A stretch of DNA of 64,000 nucleotides from Vicugna vicugna (Eukaryota). The stretch is taken from the NCBI GenBank assembly GCA_013265495.1, contig MU060807.1, forward strand, positions 2,970,921-3,034,920. The letters are read 5' to 3'. Each line of letters starts with the position of its first letter. Position 1 is the first letter of the stretch. Below are positions 1 to 30,900 of this stretch, piece after piece. A program made the translations under genes and the position numbers. The notes under the pieces were generated by a model, which saw only the letters and a list, made by a program, of their open reading frames with translations, had not been told where the DNA came from and did no database searches.

Positions 1-119
1 CGGGCCTGACCTGGACAGCATCTTGCCGGGGCCAAATCTTTATAATGCTCGGCATCGGAGAAACGGGTGGCCAAGGTCCTGGCGGGAGACTCTTTTTTGC
101 AGACTTCCGGACTCCGTGA

Positions 120-635
120 TTATTACCCAATGGGCAGGGAGGCTCGCTTGGACCTGGCTTGTGATTGGCTGGGACGCGGTGGGGTACGCCATCGAATCGG
201 AAAGGGGCCTTGCGTCATCAGAGAGAGTCGAGAGCCTCCGAGAGGGAGCTGCTAAGTAAAGTAAGCTCCTTTTTAATTGGCTCCCTCTTTCAGGCGGCAT
301 TGAAACAGCAATGGGGATTTGCTCTCTTCCAACCCTAGGCTCCAGATAATCGGAGAGACGTTGAAGATTGGGGAGAAATTTATTGAGTCACGTACGGCCC
401 GGAAGCCCTGGGGGGCGGGTCTTCAGCAGAAGTGGGTGGGCCCGAGAGGGAGGGATTCTTTTGGGGCTGGGGGTGGAGTCGCTACTCAAGGCTTTCCCGG
501 AGCGTGGGAGGCGGGATTTGGGGGCGGGCCCCCGATTGTGGGCGTGGTCGGAAGGGCGGGGGCGGGGTCGGAGCGGGCGCGGAGCATGGGGTAGTCTCCG
601 GGATAAGGTCTGCTGGCCGGTTCCTGTTTCTAGGC
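120..635 (+). promoter_or_regulatory. FDXR: FDXR promoter / CpG-rich region with CCAAT boxes and GC boxes
   Basis: CCAAT at 127-131, ATTGG at 174-178 and 276-280, TGCGTCA at 211-217, GGGCGG GC boxes around 521-570; CpG-dense to about 900. Confidence 0.7.
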
Positions 636-9975
<9,340 letters not shown>

Positions 9976-10273
9976 GCCCAGATCCTGGCCCGGCACGGAG
10001 AGGAGGAGTCCTGTGCAGGGGAGAGGGACTGAGCTGGACTCCGCACCACAGCTGCATCATTTGCTGATCCTGGCATGGGGCCTTGGCTGCCTCTTTTCCA
10101 GGGGGTTCTGAGCACTTCCTTATGCCAGAAGGTCACTCTTGCCAGTGTGGATTTGACTCTCAGCAAGGAGATAACCTTAGTTAGAGATGGGTGCCAGGTG
10201 CAGGCTGATCTTCCTCCCTCCTGCCTCTCTCCTGCTGGACTGTGGAGGGTCACCAGGTTGGGAATAGGCTGGA

Positions 10274-10279
10274 AATAAA
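10274..10279 (+). terminator. FDXR: FDXR polyadenylation signal AATAAA
   Basis: First canonical AATAAA about 300 nt after the stop, followed by GU-rich gtggttgatgtg around 10300. Confidence 0.8.
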
Positions 10280-10805
10280 ACACCTGCAACCCAGGATCAG
10301 TGGTTGATGTGCGACTTCTTTAGGGGCCTGGGGTCACCTTCCAGCTGCAGCTCCCCTCCAGTCACCAGGTGGCGCTGCAGGGCCAGCTCCCTGCTCAGGG
10401 ACCTCTTGGGGGCTTGAGGGGTTTTGGCAGCCAGGCCTGGCACCCACCCTCTTTTCCTCAGCTTGTCCCTGCTGCTGCGGCCTGCGTGCCTTCTGCACAC
10501 ACTGCAGGCACCCTTTGACCCCAGTCTGCTTGCTCTGCTGGCTTCACTGCCTGGTCCCCTCCCTGGTGAGTCCCCAGTACAACCAAAACAAGAACAGAAG
10601 AGAAAAAGTGGGAGTGAGGGAGCTAGGCAGCAGCTTGTCAGAGCTCCTCCCTGTGGCCCCTCTATCTGGTGAGGGTCCCCTACTCCGTGGCTTCCAACAC
10701 CTTCCTGCTTTGTCGGTTTTCAGCCAGACCGACAAGCCTTTTAAAAATAGTACCTGAATCTCCGTAGTGCTTTGCAGTTTGCAAAGCGTGGTCACCGTCT
10801 TTGTG

Positions 10806-10910
10806 CTAGCCCCCAAGATGCTGGCCTCACTTTATAGACGGATGGAGTCTCGAAATTAACTGGCCCAAGGTCACACACCCAGTGAGCTTCGGCCTCGAAC
10901 CCAGGGCTCC
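10806..10910 (-). mobile_element. MIR SINE fragment containing CCAAGGTCA
   Basis: ctcactttatagacggatgg...aactggcccaaggtcacacacccagtgagc...ctcgaacccagggctcc matches the reverse MIR core. Confidence 0.6.
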
Positions 10911-11216
10911 GGGCAGCCCGTTTTTTCCGAGGCTGCACTTGGCCCCGAGTGTCGGGTCTGGGGACACAGCCCTAGAGACGGGAGGAGGGACCCAGGCGCC
11001 TGGCGCACTGGCGGGCAAGGAGGGGCTGGAGCAGCGCGGGTGCTGGCGGCGGGGTGGGCCGGCCGAGGCGGGCCGGGGCGGGGCGGAGGCGGCAGGCCCC
11101 NNNNNNNNNNNNNNNNNNNNNNNNNNNNNNNNNNNNNNNNNNNNNNNNNNNNNNNNNNNNNNNNNNNNNNNNNNNNNNNNNNNNNNNNNNNNNNNNNNNN
11201 NNNNNNNNNNNNNNNN

Positions 11217-11406
11217 GGCGCGGGGGCGGGCCCGGCCCAGCCCGCCAGGCCGCGCCACGGGCACTGGCCCCGTGGCGCCCGGGCTCAGGCGACCGCCGAG
11301 CTAGGGCAGAGCGCGCCAGCGCGCGGAGCCGAGGCGGCGGGACATGCTCCGCGCGGGAGGCGGCCGGCGCGGGCTCTGGGCGCGGGCGCAGCGCCCCTTC
11401 CCCTCG
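11217..11406 (+). other. GRIN2C: GRIN2C upstream alternative first exon (1a); 5' end probably in the N gap
   Basis: Consensus donor TCG|gtgagt at 11407, directly after GC-box promoter sequence; start coordinate is simply the gap edge. Confidence 0.55.
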
Positions 11407-12811
11407 GTGAGTGGCAGGCGGCGAGCCGGGGGCGCCAACTTGGCCAACTTGGGGCTGGGCTCAGGCGACGCGCGGGCAAGGACGACGGAGACAGAGGCGG
11501 GACACTGGGGAGAGTCTGGCTGGCGCAGGGAGCCCGAGGAGGGGGGCGGTCGGGGGACCGAGACTCTCGGGGTCCCGGCCTGGGGTTTGGACCGGGACGG
11601 GCGGAGAGGAGGTGAGGAAGAGAGGCCCAGGTGACAGGCGCGCGGCGGACGCGAGGGAAGGACGCGGGCGAGGCGCCCAAGACATTCGTCTCCCGGGTCG
11701 CCGAGCCCTCCAGCTCCTTCTCCCGGCGCCGCGGCACCGCAGGGGAGGGGGCGGTGCGGGACGATGGAGTCTGGGCTGCCGGCCCTGCAACTGTTGCTGC
11801 TGGAACCCGGGCGGGGTGGGGAGGGAGCGGGGCTGTGAGCTGGGGCCCTGGCTGGGTTCGCCAGAGAGAAGGGAGCTGGAGAGGACATGGGGCAGAGAGG
11901 ACGAAGAGGGGCTGTCGGTGGTTCCAGAAGCCCAGCCCCCTGCTCCCGGAGGTTTGCTGAGCACCTACTGCGCACATCTGCTTTCACACCCCTGCCCTTT
12001 CACCCGCCGTGAGTCCCCCCAGGTCCTCCCCTCCTAGCTCTTCCTTTTCTCCGCCGCCCCGCATAACGCTCCCTCCTCTGACCTCAGGGAATCAGCCTGG
12101 GCTTCACCCGTTGGTGGGATCTTCCCAAACGCTGACCTCACTCCCAGGCGGACCCAGGCTCCGAGGGTAGGAAAGGACGGGGTGGGGGGCAAAGAGGACC
12201 CGGGACAGCCGTGAGCCCCTGTGCTCTGGGCCCTGGCTGCTGCACCAGCGGGTTGCTCTGGTCTGCTGGGTCTTCCATCAGGATCCCCGACGGTGGGGAA
12301 GGGAAACCCCGAGTATCCTGCTGCGGAAGGCCGTTCGTGCCTAGGCCTAAGCGCGCAGGGCCAGTGCCAAGAGAAGTCAAAGGCAGCCAGCAGCTAAAAA
12401 ATCCCCAAGGGTGCATACCACGACACATCCAGAAGTCCTGCTGGGTGAGTGAAGGGGGAATTCTCACTGGACCCTGAGCTCACTCCACTGGCCCTAGCCC
12501 TGCTCACCCGATGGGACTTCTGGCTCGGTCCCCAGCCCTCCGATGGTGACACTGCCCTGGCTGGGTCCTGACCCTGGCCGTGGTGGAAACTGAGGGAAGG
12601 AACTTGGAGGGGACCAAGTGGGCTCTATTTCGGAGCCCGTCTAGTTTCTGGCTGTGCAAATAAGTTGGGAGCCTGCTTCGAATAGATTCCGTACTAGAAA
12701 CTCGAATAGCATCGTTAAAGGGATCGGGTAAGCCGGGAACCAAACTCCCGACTCCTGGGTTCGCCCTAGGGCAGGCCCGGGGTGGTACCCTCCCACAGCC
12801 CCGCCTGCCAG

Positions 12812-13148
12812 GCGAGCTCCGCAACTCCTACCCGCGGGGCTTGAGGTGGCGACCAACTTGGGGCAGTGGGGAAGGGGACCTAGAAGCCGGAACGCCCGCA
12901 GAGGGTAGCCGCGAGGCGAGGGGCGCGAAGTGCGTGGTGCCCAGCTTGGCCGCCAGGAGGCGTGGCGCGGGTCCCGGCGCCCGGAGTCGCCGCTGCCGCC
13001 GCCGCCGCATCGCGAGTGTCCTTGAGCCGCGGGTGACGGTGGCTCTCGCCGCTCGCGCCCCCTCCTCCCTCGGGGGGAGCCTGATGCCACGTTCCCTATG
13101 AATTATTTATCGCTGGCCTAAAAATACCCCGAACTTCACAGGCCAAGT
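12812..13148 (+). other. GRIN2C: GRIN2C 5' UTR exon (1b), 5' boundary uncertain
   Basis: Ends cacaggccaagt|gtaaga (donor 13149). The sequence gcatcgcgagtgtccttgagccgcgg...cctatgaattatttatcg...ctaaaaataccccgaacttcaca matches the recalled human GRIN2C 5' UTR. Possible acceptors give exon starts at 12799 and 12812. Confidence 0.7.
13118..13127 (+). promoter_or_regulatory. MEF2-like site CTAAAAATAC
   Basis: 9/10 match to YTAWWWWTAR within an otherwise GC-rich island. Confidence 0.45.
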
Positions 13149-14502
13149 GTAAGAGATTCCCCCGGGGGGTCCGGGGCGGAATCAGCGGGGAGGGGGGAGT
13201 TAGTCTTGGAGGAGGGAGACCTCGGTGCCCGCGCCAGTAGGGGCGTGATGGACAGGTGGTCGTCTCCCCTGACGCCTGGGTTCGGGTTTTAGCTCGGCAA
13301 AAGGGAGGGAGGGAAACCCGACGGCAAAGCAGAGGCCGCTCACTCGGAGGGAAGTGGATCCAGAGGAGCCGCGGAGCCTGGGTCCCTCGGCTCCCCGGAG
13401 GTGGCGCGGCTGGTGGGTGGGGCCGACTCCTGGGACCGAGGCTCCTGGCCTGGGAGAGAGGATATCCATCAGACGTCTGGAGTGCGAGTCTGTGTGCATG
13501 TCCGTGTGTGGGAGCCTGCCTGAGACTGGGGGAGCACATGGAGATGCTCAGGCGGTTCAAGGTGATGCTGAGTGTCCCGGAAGACTGACCACTGTCACCC
13601 TTCCCCTGGATCCTTTTTGGGGGTCCGTCTATTCATCAAATATTAACAACCCGTTTGTGAAACGGGTGGACCCCAAGTGGGTGGGCAGAGATCTCTAAGA
13701 CAATAGTCCAGTGTGGGTAAGGGGCATCTTGGGCTGGCAAATACCTGCCACGGGGCAAAATGAGGGAAACCGTGGCAGAGGAGCTCCCCAACCCAGGAGA
13801 AGGGGGGGTGTGGGGTGGGGGGAAGAAAGGCAACCAGCCTAGAGCCAGACCCAGACCTTCTGTCTTGTCACCCATGTTTCCAGAGCCTGGAAGGACTAAG
13901 GTAGTTGCGCTGTGGGAGGAGGATTGAGGTTGGGCTCTGGAAATTCTGGAATTTTTTGGGTAGACAAGACAGAGGTGGTGGGAAGAGGGCATTCTAGCCT
14001 GAGGGAACAGCAGAGCAAAAGTCTAGAGGCGAGGACAGTAGGGTCATCCCTAGGTGGCAGGAGTGTGGGGTCCACGGAGGGGAGGACAGTTGGTTGGGGT
14101 CAGGGTGTGTGGGGCTCTGTCCATGAAACCCAGTGTCTGGACTTAATTTGTGGGCACCAGGGAGCAGCTGTGCTGTTCGAGGAGGGGTGCAGTGGCCAGA
14201 CAAATGTTTCAGGCCAGTGGGGCCTCCCCTCCTGCCTTGTGTGGGAGGCTGGATGCCATGTGGTGCTAAGATTCTGGAGTCTACATCTCTTTGAATCTGC
14301 CTGTTGCTATTTTAAATTCACAGACTTGCCTGATTGGGACCCCTCCCTCCAGAGGCATCCTGAGATCAGTTTCTGTGAGAGGCAAGACCTGCCTCAACTT
14401 TCCTCCTCAACTCCAGTCCTGGAGGCACCTTCCAATCAGAGAGAGTCTCTGGGGACAGCGCCCCCTTGGAGCTGAGGGAGGCCCTGGGTCCTTCATCTAG
14501 AG

Positions 14503-14786
14503 CTACGTTGTCCAAAAGAAACCAAGTGAGAGCTCATGTAGACACATTAGAAAAAGTAAAAAGAAAGGTGAAATGAATTCTAAGGCTATATTGTGTTTAG
14601 CTCAGTGTATCTTAAATGTTCTTTTGACATGTAATCCATAAAAAATATTAATGAGATGTTTTCTTTTTTGAATACTAAGTTATCAATAGCCAGTGTGTAT
14701 TTGACATCACATGCCTCAATTCCGACGAGACACATCTGAGTGCCTGATAGTCACACGTGACTGGAGGCTGCTGTGCTGGGCAGCAG
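14503..14786 (+). mobile_element. MER33 (hAT-Charlie) DNA transposon
   Basis: gttgtccaaaagaa...cacattagaaaaagtaaaaagaaaggtgaaatgaatt...attaatgagatgttt...cagtgtgtatttgac...gtgctgggcagcag follows the recalled MER33 consensus end to end. Confidence 0.75.
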
Positions 14787-15338
14787 AGGTCTGGACCTCA
14801 GAGCTGGGAGGCAGAGGTGGGGGAAGCTTCGAGCTTCCCAGAGGGTGGAGAACCTACAGGGATGGGCAGGGATGAGCACAGAGAGGCCTTGCCAAGGGCA
14901 GACAAGCACGGGAGTGCCCTTTTCAGGTGTAATTTGAAATCTCTGGTTGGAGGTAGCTGCAGGCAAGCACGCTTAGGCTCACACACGACTCACGCATGTC
15001 TCCAGGTTGACATTCAAAGTCAGTGTACTAAGAAATCATACACAGGGGGACTTTCAAGGGCACAAAAATGAGTACAGTATTCTCTCCCCTGCCAAAAATC
15101 CTGTCTTCTTATCCTGAATTAAACCAGGCCCAGCCTGGTCACACTTTGACTCTTCCCTGTTCAAAAGTTTTGTCGGGGATGTGATGGAGATGGAGAGAGG
15201 GCAAAGCTGTGGCCGGTGGCCAGCTGGGAAGGAGAACTGCATCCATGGGTACCACTCACCGGTGTGGCTATCGGTCGTAGTCCAAAGCAATGATGCTCAT
15301 TTAGCAGGGATACACGTCAGGCCCTTGGGTTACGGTAA

Positions 15339-15368
15339 AAACCAAACCAAACCAAACCAAACCAAACC
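15339..15368. repeat. (AAACC)n pentanucleotide repeat
   Basis: About 6 units of aaacc. Confidence 0.9.
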
Positions 15369-15607
15369 CTCATATCAGTGATGGCCTAGGGAGGCAGCTC
15401 ATGTGTGAGATACCTTGGGGATTCAGGTGACTCTGAGCCCTGAACAAATCAACTGTGTCACATGCCTGCTGTAGATGAGCTGCTACTTATTGAGGCAACG
15501 GGGGTAGGGTAGGGATGTCCAGTGCCCAGGAAGAGCCAGGCAGCCTTATTGCAGAGCAGGGTTCTCGGAGATGTTAGGTTCAGTTTAGGATGGAGAAGGG
15601 TGCACAT

Positions 15608-15644
15608 TGTGTGTGTGTGTATGTGTGTGTGTGTGTGTGTGTGT
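15608..15644. repeat. (GT)n microsatellite, one interruption
   Basis: gtgtgt run interrupted by A at 15621. Confidence 0.95.
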
Positions 15645-15714
15645 TACAAGAGCTGCCTGCCTCCCCCTGGCTGTGGGGCTGTCACCTGTAGGATAAGGAT
15701 GCTGATTGTGAAAT

Positions 15715-15850
15715 AGGTCCTATGATTGTTGCAGGCAAGAAAACATGGCTCAGAGAGGCTAAGCAACTTCCCAAGATCACACAGTTAGTACGTGGCAGAA
15801 CTGGGACTTGAACTCAAGTCTCTCCAACTCAAATCCATGCACTTGGCACC
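15715..15850 (-). mobile_element. MIR SINE
   Basis: ggctcagagaggctaagcaacttcccaagatcacacagttagtacgtggcagaactgggacttgaactc. Confidence 0.75.
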
Positions 15851-16219
15851 AGATTAGCATTTGCTGTGTACCTTCCTGAGGCAGAACCCAGATGGATGAG
15901 TTTCCAAACATGATGTTCAACCATAAAATGGAAGGAATGAGCACCTAGCCCGGCATGTTCTTCCCAGCCCCCGCCCTCTGGGCTGCGCTTGGACACTCAG
16001 CTAACCTCTGTCTCTTTCTCTTTGTCTGTCTGTGTCTGTCTGTCTCCCCCTCTCTCTGCCTCTCTTTGTGGTGGGAGGTTCCCCCTCTTCTCTTTCATCC
16101 TCTGGATGTGTGTCCCTCTGACTCTGGCCTTTGTCTCCTTTCTGCCACTCCTTCCTCTCTGTCCCTCTGCCTCCCTCCCCGTGCCTATCCTGGTCTCTCC
16201 ACAGGACCCTCCGGTGGAC

Positions 16220-27532
<11,313 letters not shown>

Positions 27533-27923
27533 GGTGTCAGCTACTCTGGTTCCTCCTCAGCTGGATTCTCTGCCTGGCACTGCCAGCATTAGGGGGCAGA
27601 TGGGCTTGGGCTTTTCTGGCTTCTGCAGTGAAATCCTGGCAACCCAGGGACAGATGATGTCTTCCACGGTCAGTTCAGCGACCTCAGCAGCCTCAGGTCC
27701 TGGTGTGGGCTGGACTTTTGCTGTCTTCTTATGCAAGGCCCTTCACACCTGGCCTAAAGTCACAGGGAGCAGTGGGGTCTCCCAACTCTGCTGTGAGCGG
27801 GTCCCTGGTCATGGCTCCTGGGGGCTTGGGCATGGGAGCATGGAGGCTGGAACTTGGGGTTGGGGCAGGGCTCTCCTACTCCTTATTCCACCTGGCTGGA
27901 GTTTCTTCTCAGAGTGTTGGGAC

Positions 27924-27929
27924 ATTAAA
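27924..27929 (+). terminator. GRIN2C: Candidate GRIN2C poly(A) signal ATTAAA
   Basis: First hexamer variant about 390 nt after the stop, followed by an A/T-rich stretch. Confidence 0.6.
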
Positions 27930-30900
27930 CAAACCTTTTACAACTCACTGGTCCTGGCTGCCTCATTCTGCATCCTTGGAGGGTATACACAGCCTGTAGG
28001 CAGTAGGAGCATCATGGGAGTATCCCAGGTGAGGTGTCTGCCTAGGGCTCCCTTTAGGGGAGTATCCAGGAGGTGAGGCTGAGGACTCTGGGCAGCAGAA
28101 GCCCCTTGATATTCAGTGCCAACTCCCGCCCACCCTGATGCCGTATGTGACAGATGTGTTCAGCACAGGGGCTCTGGTGGTAATGGATAGAGTTCATCCT
28201 TCAGTCTCCTTGAAAAGAAAGGCTCATGCCAGGGACTGTGGGTATCCTGCCCTGCCAGGGGCCCCCATGAGTACGTGACAATGTCACGGTAGAAACAGCA
28301 GAGGGAGGTTTGTTGCGGGGAACCTGCTGGGCTCTCCTGGGCCCTGGTGCATTCACTCTGTGGTGGATGTGCAGGGCTCAGACTGTCTTCTGGGGTCAGC
28401 ACAGCTTAGCCTCACTGATGCTGGGACTCCTTGGGAGGGAAGAAGCCTCAGGTCAGAGAATCTGTCCCACATCTCAATTCTCTGTCCTCCCTCTGGGGTT
28501 ACCAGCCCCACCTCCTTTCTCTGTAACATGCCATTGGCTGTAAACCGTTTTAAAAGATGGCTCTTCCTGACCATTTTTAATGTCTTCACATTAAAAGACA
28601 TTGGTTACATGTATCCCCACAGTGACTGTGAAGCAAGCATGCACTCACACTTCCATTCATTCTGCAAAAACAGTGAGCATGATTGGTGCTGTCAGAACCT
28701 TTTCTAACTGTGAGCATGTGCAGCCTGGGGCCTTGCAGTTCTTGACCATTTGGGTGAAGCAGGGCAGAAACTAACTCCATGCAGTAGAGAGGAGGTCGGG
28801 AGGGCAGTGCTGGATGCCCAGAGCTCTTTCCCACACAGCTCCTTGCTGGCTCCCAGGAAGCTGGGTCCCCTCTCCAGTCTCCAAATACTCCACTTCGGGG
28901 ATTGGGGCCATGAAAACTGGAAGATTTTGTTTGGTTTTAGGAATGAGAGCAGCTGAAGTGGTAGAGTGGGGAAATTTCTAATACCTCTCCATTCCTGGCT
29001 GGAGAGCCTAGGTACACTGAGAGAATGGGTAGTCCTTGTCCATTACAGTCAGTTTCATGTTTCTGCCCTATGGATTTTCATGGGTCCAGGTCCAGGATCG
29101 GGGGCTCCACAACAGATGTTGAATGTGAGTCTAGGTGAGTGCTAGAGGCCAGTGCTGAGGAAGGGAGCTTAACCTTGGTCGCAGTCGCTGGTGATGAGAG
29201 GGTTAACTCTTGCCCACCAGCCCCTGGACCTAACCTGTCCTGCTGCCCGGTCTGGGTCTGAGTGCAGCTCTGGGTGGAAGGCTGCAGCAGGTGAGGCTGG
29301 GAGGAGGTGTGAGATCCAGGCTGCTCTCTGCTCACTGCTTAAGATCATTAATAACCAAGAACTGGAAAGATAATTAAAAGCCGCATGTGGAGCTAAACCT
29401 GCTGCTGGCTGGCTCTAAGATGGGGCCAATCCTGCTCCTGGGGCCAGGCTCTTGGCTGCCTTGCTCCTTCTCTAGGAGTGTATTCTGGCCAGTGGAGGCA
29501 GGAAGGATGCCTCCTCCAGTTTTGGAGCTGCGATGCCCTCTGCCCCTCTGCAGGAGGACCAACGAAGGGTCCTGTATTACCAAGGGGAGGGCAGAAAGCC
29601 TGGCAGGGGAGGAGGGAGCAGCTATGTTGGAGAGTGAATTGAGGCTCTAGATATTCAATCGTCATAAACAAGGGCGTGACTGCATAGCAAAGAGAAGGCT
29701 GAACCCAGACACCAGACCCAACTGCTGTTTTTTTTTTTTTCTCTTTTGGGAGGCTCCAGGAAGAGAGAGGCCTTTAGTCACCAGTCTCAGCAACAGAAAT
29801 TCTGTCTTACCCTGTTCCCTCCTGCTGCTGCCATCACTGTTTCTCCCTCTGTCTTTCCTGTGCGGCTCAGGGTTCACACCACCTTTTTCCTGGGGCCTGT
29901 GTGTGGGGAGGGGGCGCAGAGGTGCCTGCTGCCCACCTCCCACCACTCAGCAGTGCCTCCCAGCCTGTCACCTGCCATCTGCCCCATCCCCAAGCCCGCA
30001 GCTGCCTCTCTGGCCTCAGGTGAGGGCACAGCCAGGAGCTGCTGGCACAATGGCACGCGTGCATCGGCAGGGGACAAGACAGAGACCGCTGACTCCCACC
30101 TTGACCTGGCCTGCCCTCGGGACCCGTCTGGGGCAGAGCGAGTGAGTGGCATTGGGCAAAGGCTGATGAGTTTGCGTTCTCCTCCACAGTGACACTTGTA
30201 CCTGGGCCAGGCTGGGCTGGTGCCCCACTACTGACACCAGGGCCCATCTGTAGAATGGAAACCATAACCCAACTTGCCCACCTCTCCAGGCTGATGTAAA
30301 AACTCACAGCCAGACAAGCTGGATGGGCAAGGTGAGCATCACCTGGGGAATGTCTAGCTCTCAGGGTCCTCAGTCCTCTCCCCTTAGCCCCAAGCCCCCC
30401 ACCCCCACGGCTATCAACATAGAGTGGAAGGCCACCCCAACTGACTTTCAGCAGGACAGACAGCAGGTGAACACCAAGGAGCAAAGGAATCCAGACTGTT
30501 GCAGGGGTGGGGGCCCTGGTTTGCCATCAGTGACATGGTCACCGCCAGCCAATTCCTTCCAGGACTGGGGCTGCTCAGCTCAAGAGGTGGAGGGGAATGC
30601 AGCCATCCGACTCCACTGCTGTGTGACTCCAGATTGTCACATAAATCAACCTGGGCTTTACGCTGCTAATAAATTTGTGTCCAAAATTTGGTTTGGAGCC
30701 TGAGGTGGCAGGATGATTTAATTTGCTTTGTCCTTAAGCAAGTAGGGATGTAATTGGAGAAGGGTAGGTACAGATGTTTTGAGTTCTCCCCAAACAGCCA
30801 GGCTGCTCCAGGGAGGGGCTGAGCTACAGGGGGCGGGGCCACTGTGGAGGCCTCCCGGCTCCGCCCACCCTGGGGCGAGGCTCCCTAGGAAGCAGCCACG

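Larger units (their letters stand above)
10900..13500. promoter_or_regulatory. GRIN2C: GRIN2C promoter CpG island
   Basis: Very high GC and CpG density, multiple GGGCGG boxes (about 11070-11100, 11220-11235), contains both 5' non-coding exons; partly gapped (11101-11216). Confidence 0.85.

Noticed and set aside
11908-11928. REST/NRSE-like element (15/21, minus); half-site GGACAGCGCC at 14453-14462
   Set aside because: Left half-site is poorly matched or absent; not supportable without ChIP data
15989-16204. Hydrophobic in-frame extension upstream of the GRIN2C ATG (incl. ATG at 16106)
   Set aside because: This is the long CT-rich polypyrimidine tract of the acceptor at 16204; CT-rich DNA encodes L/S/F/P and lacks stops by composition
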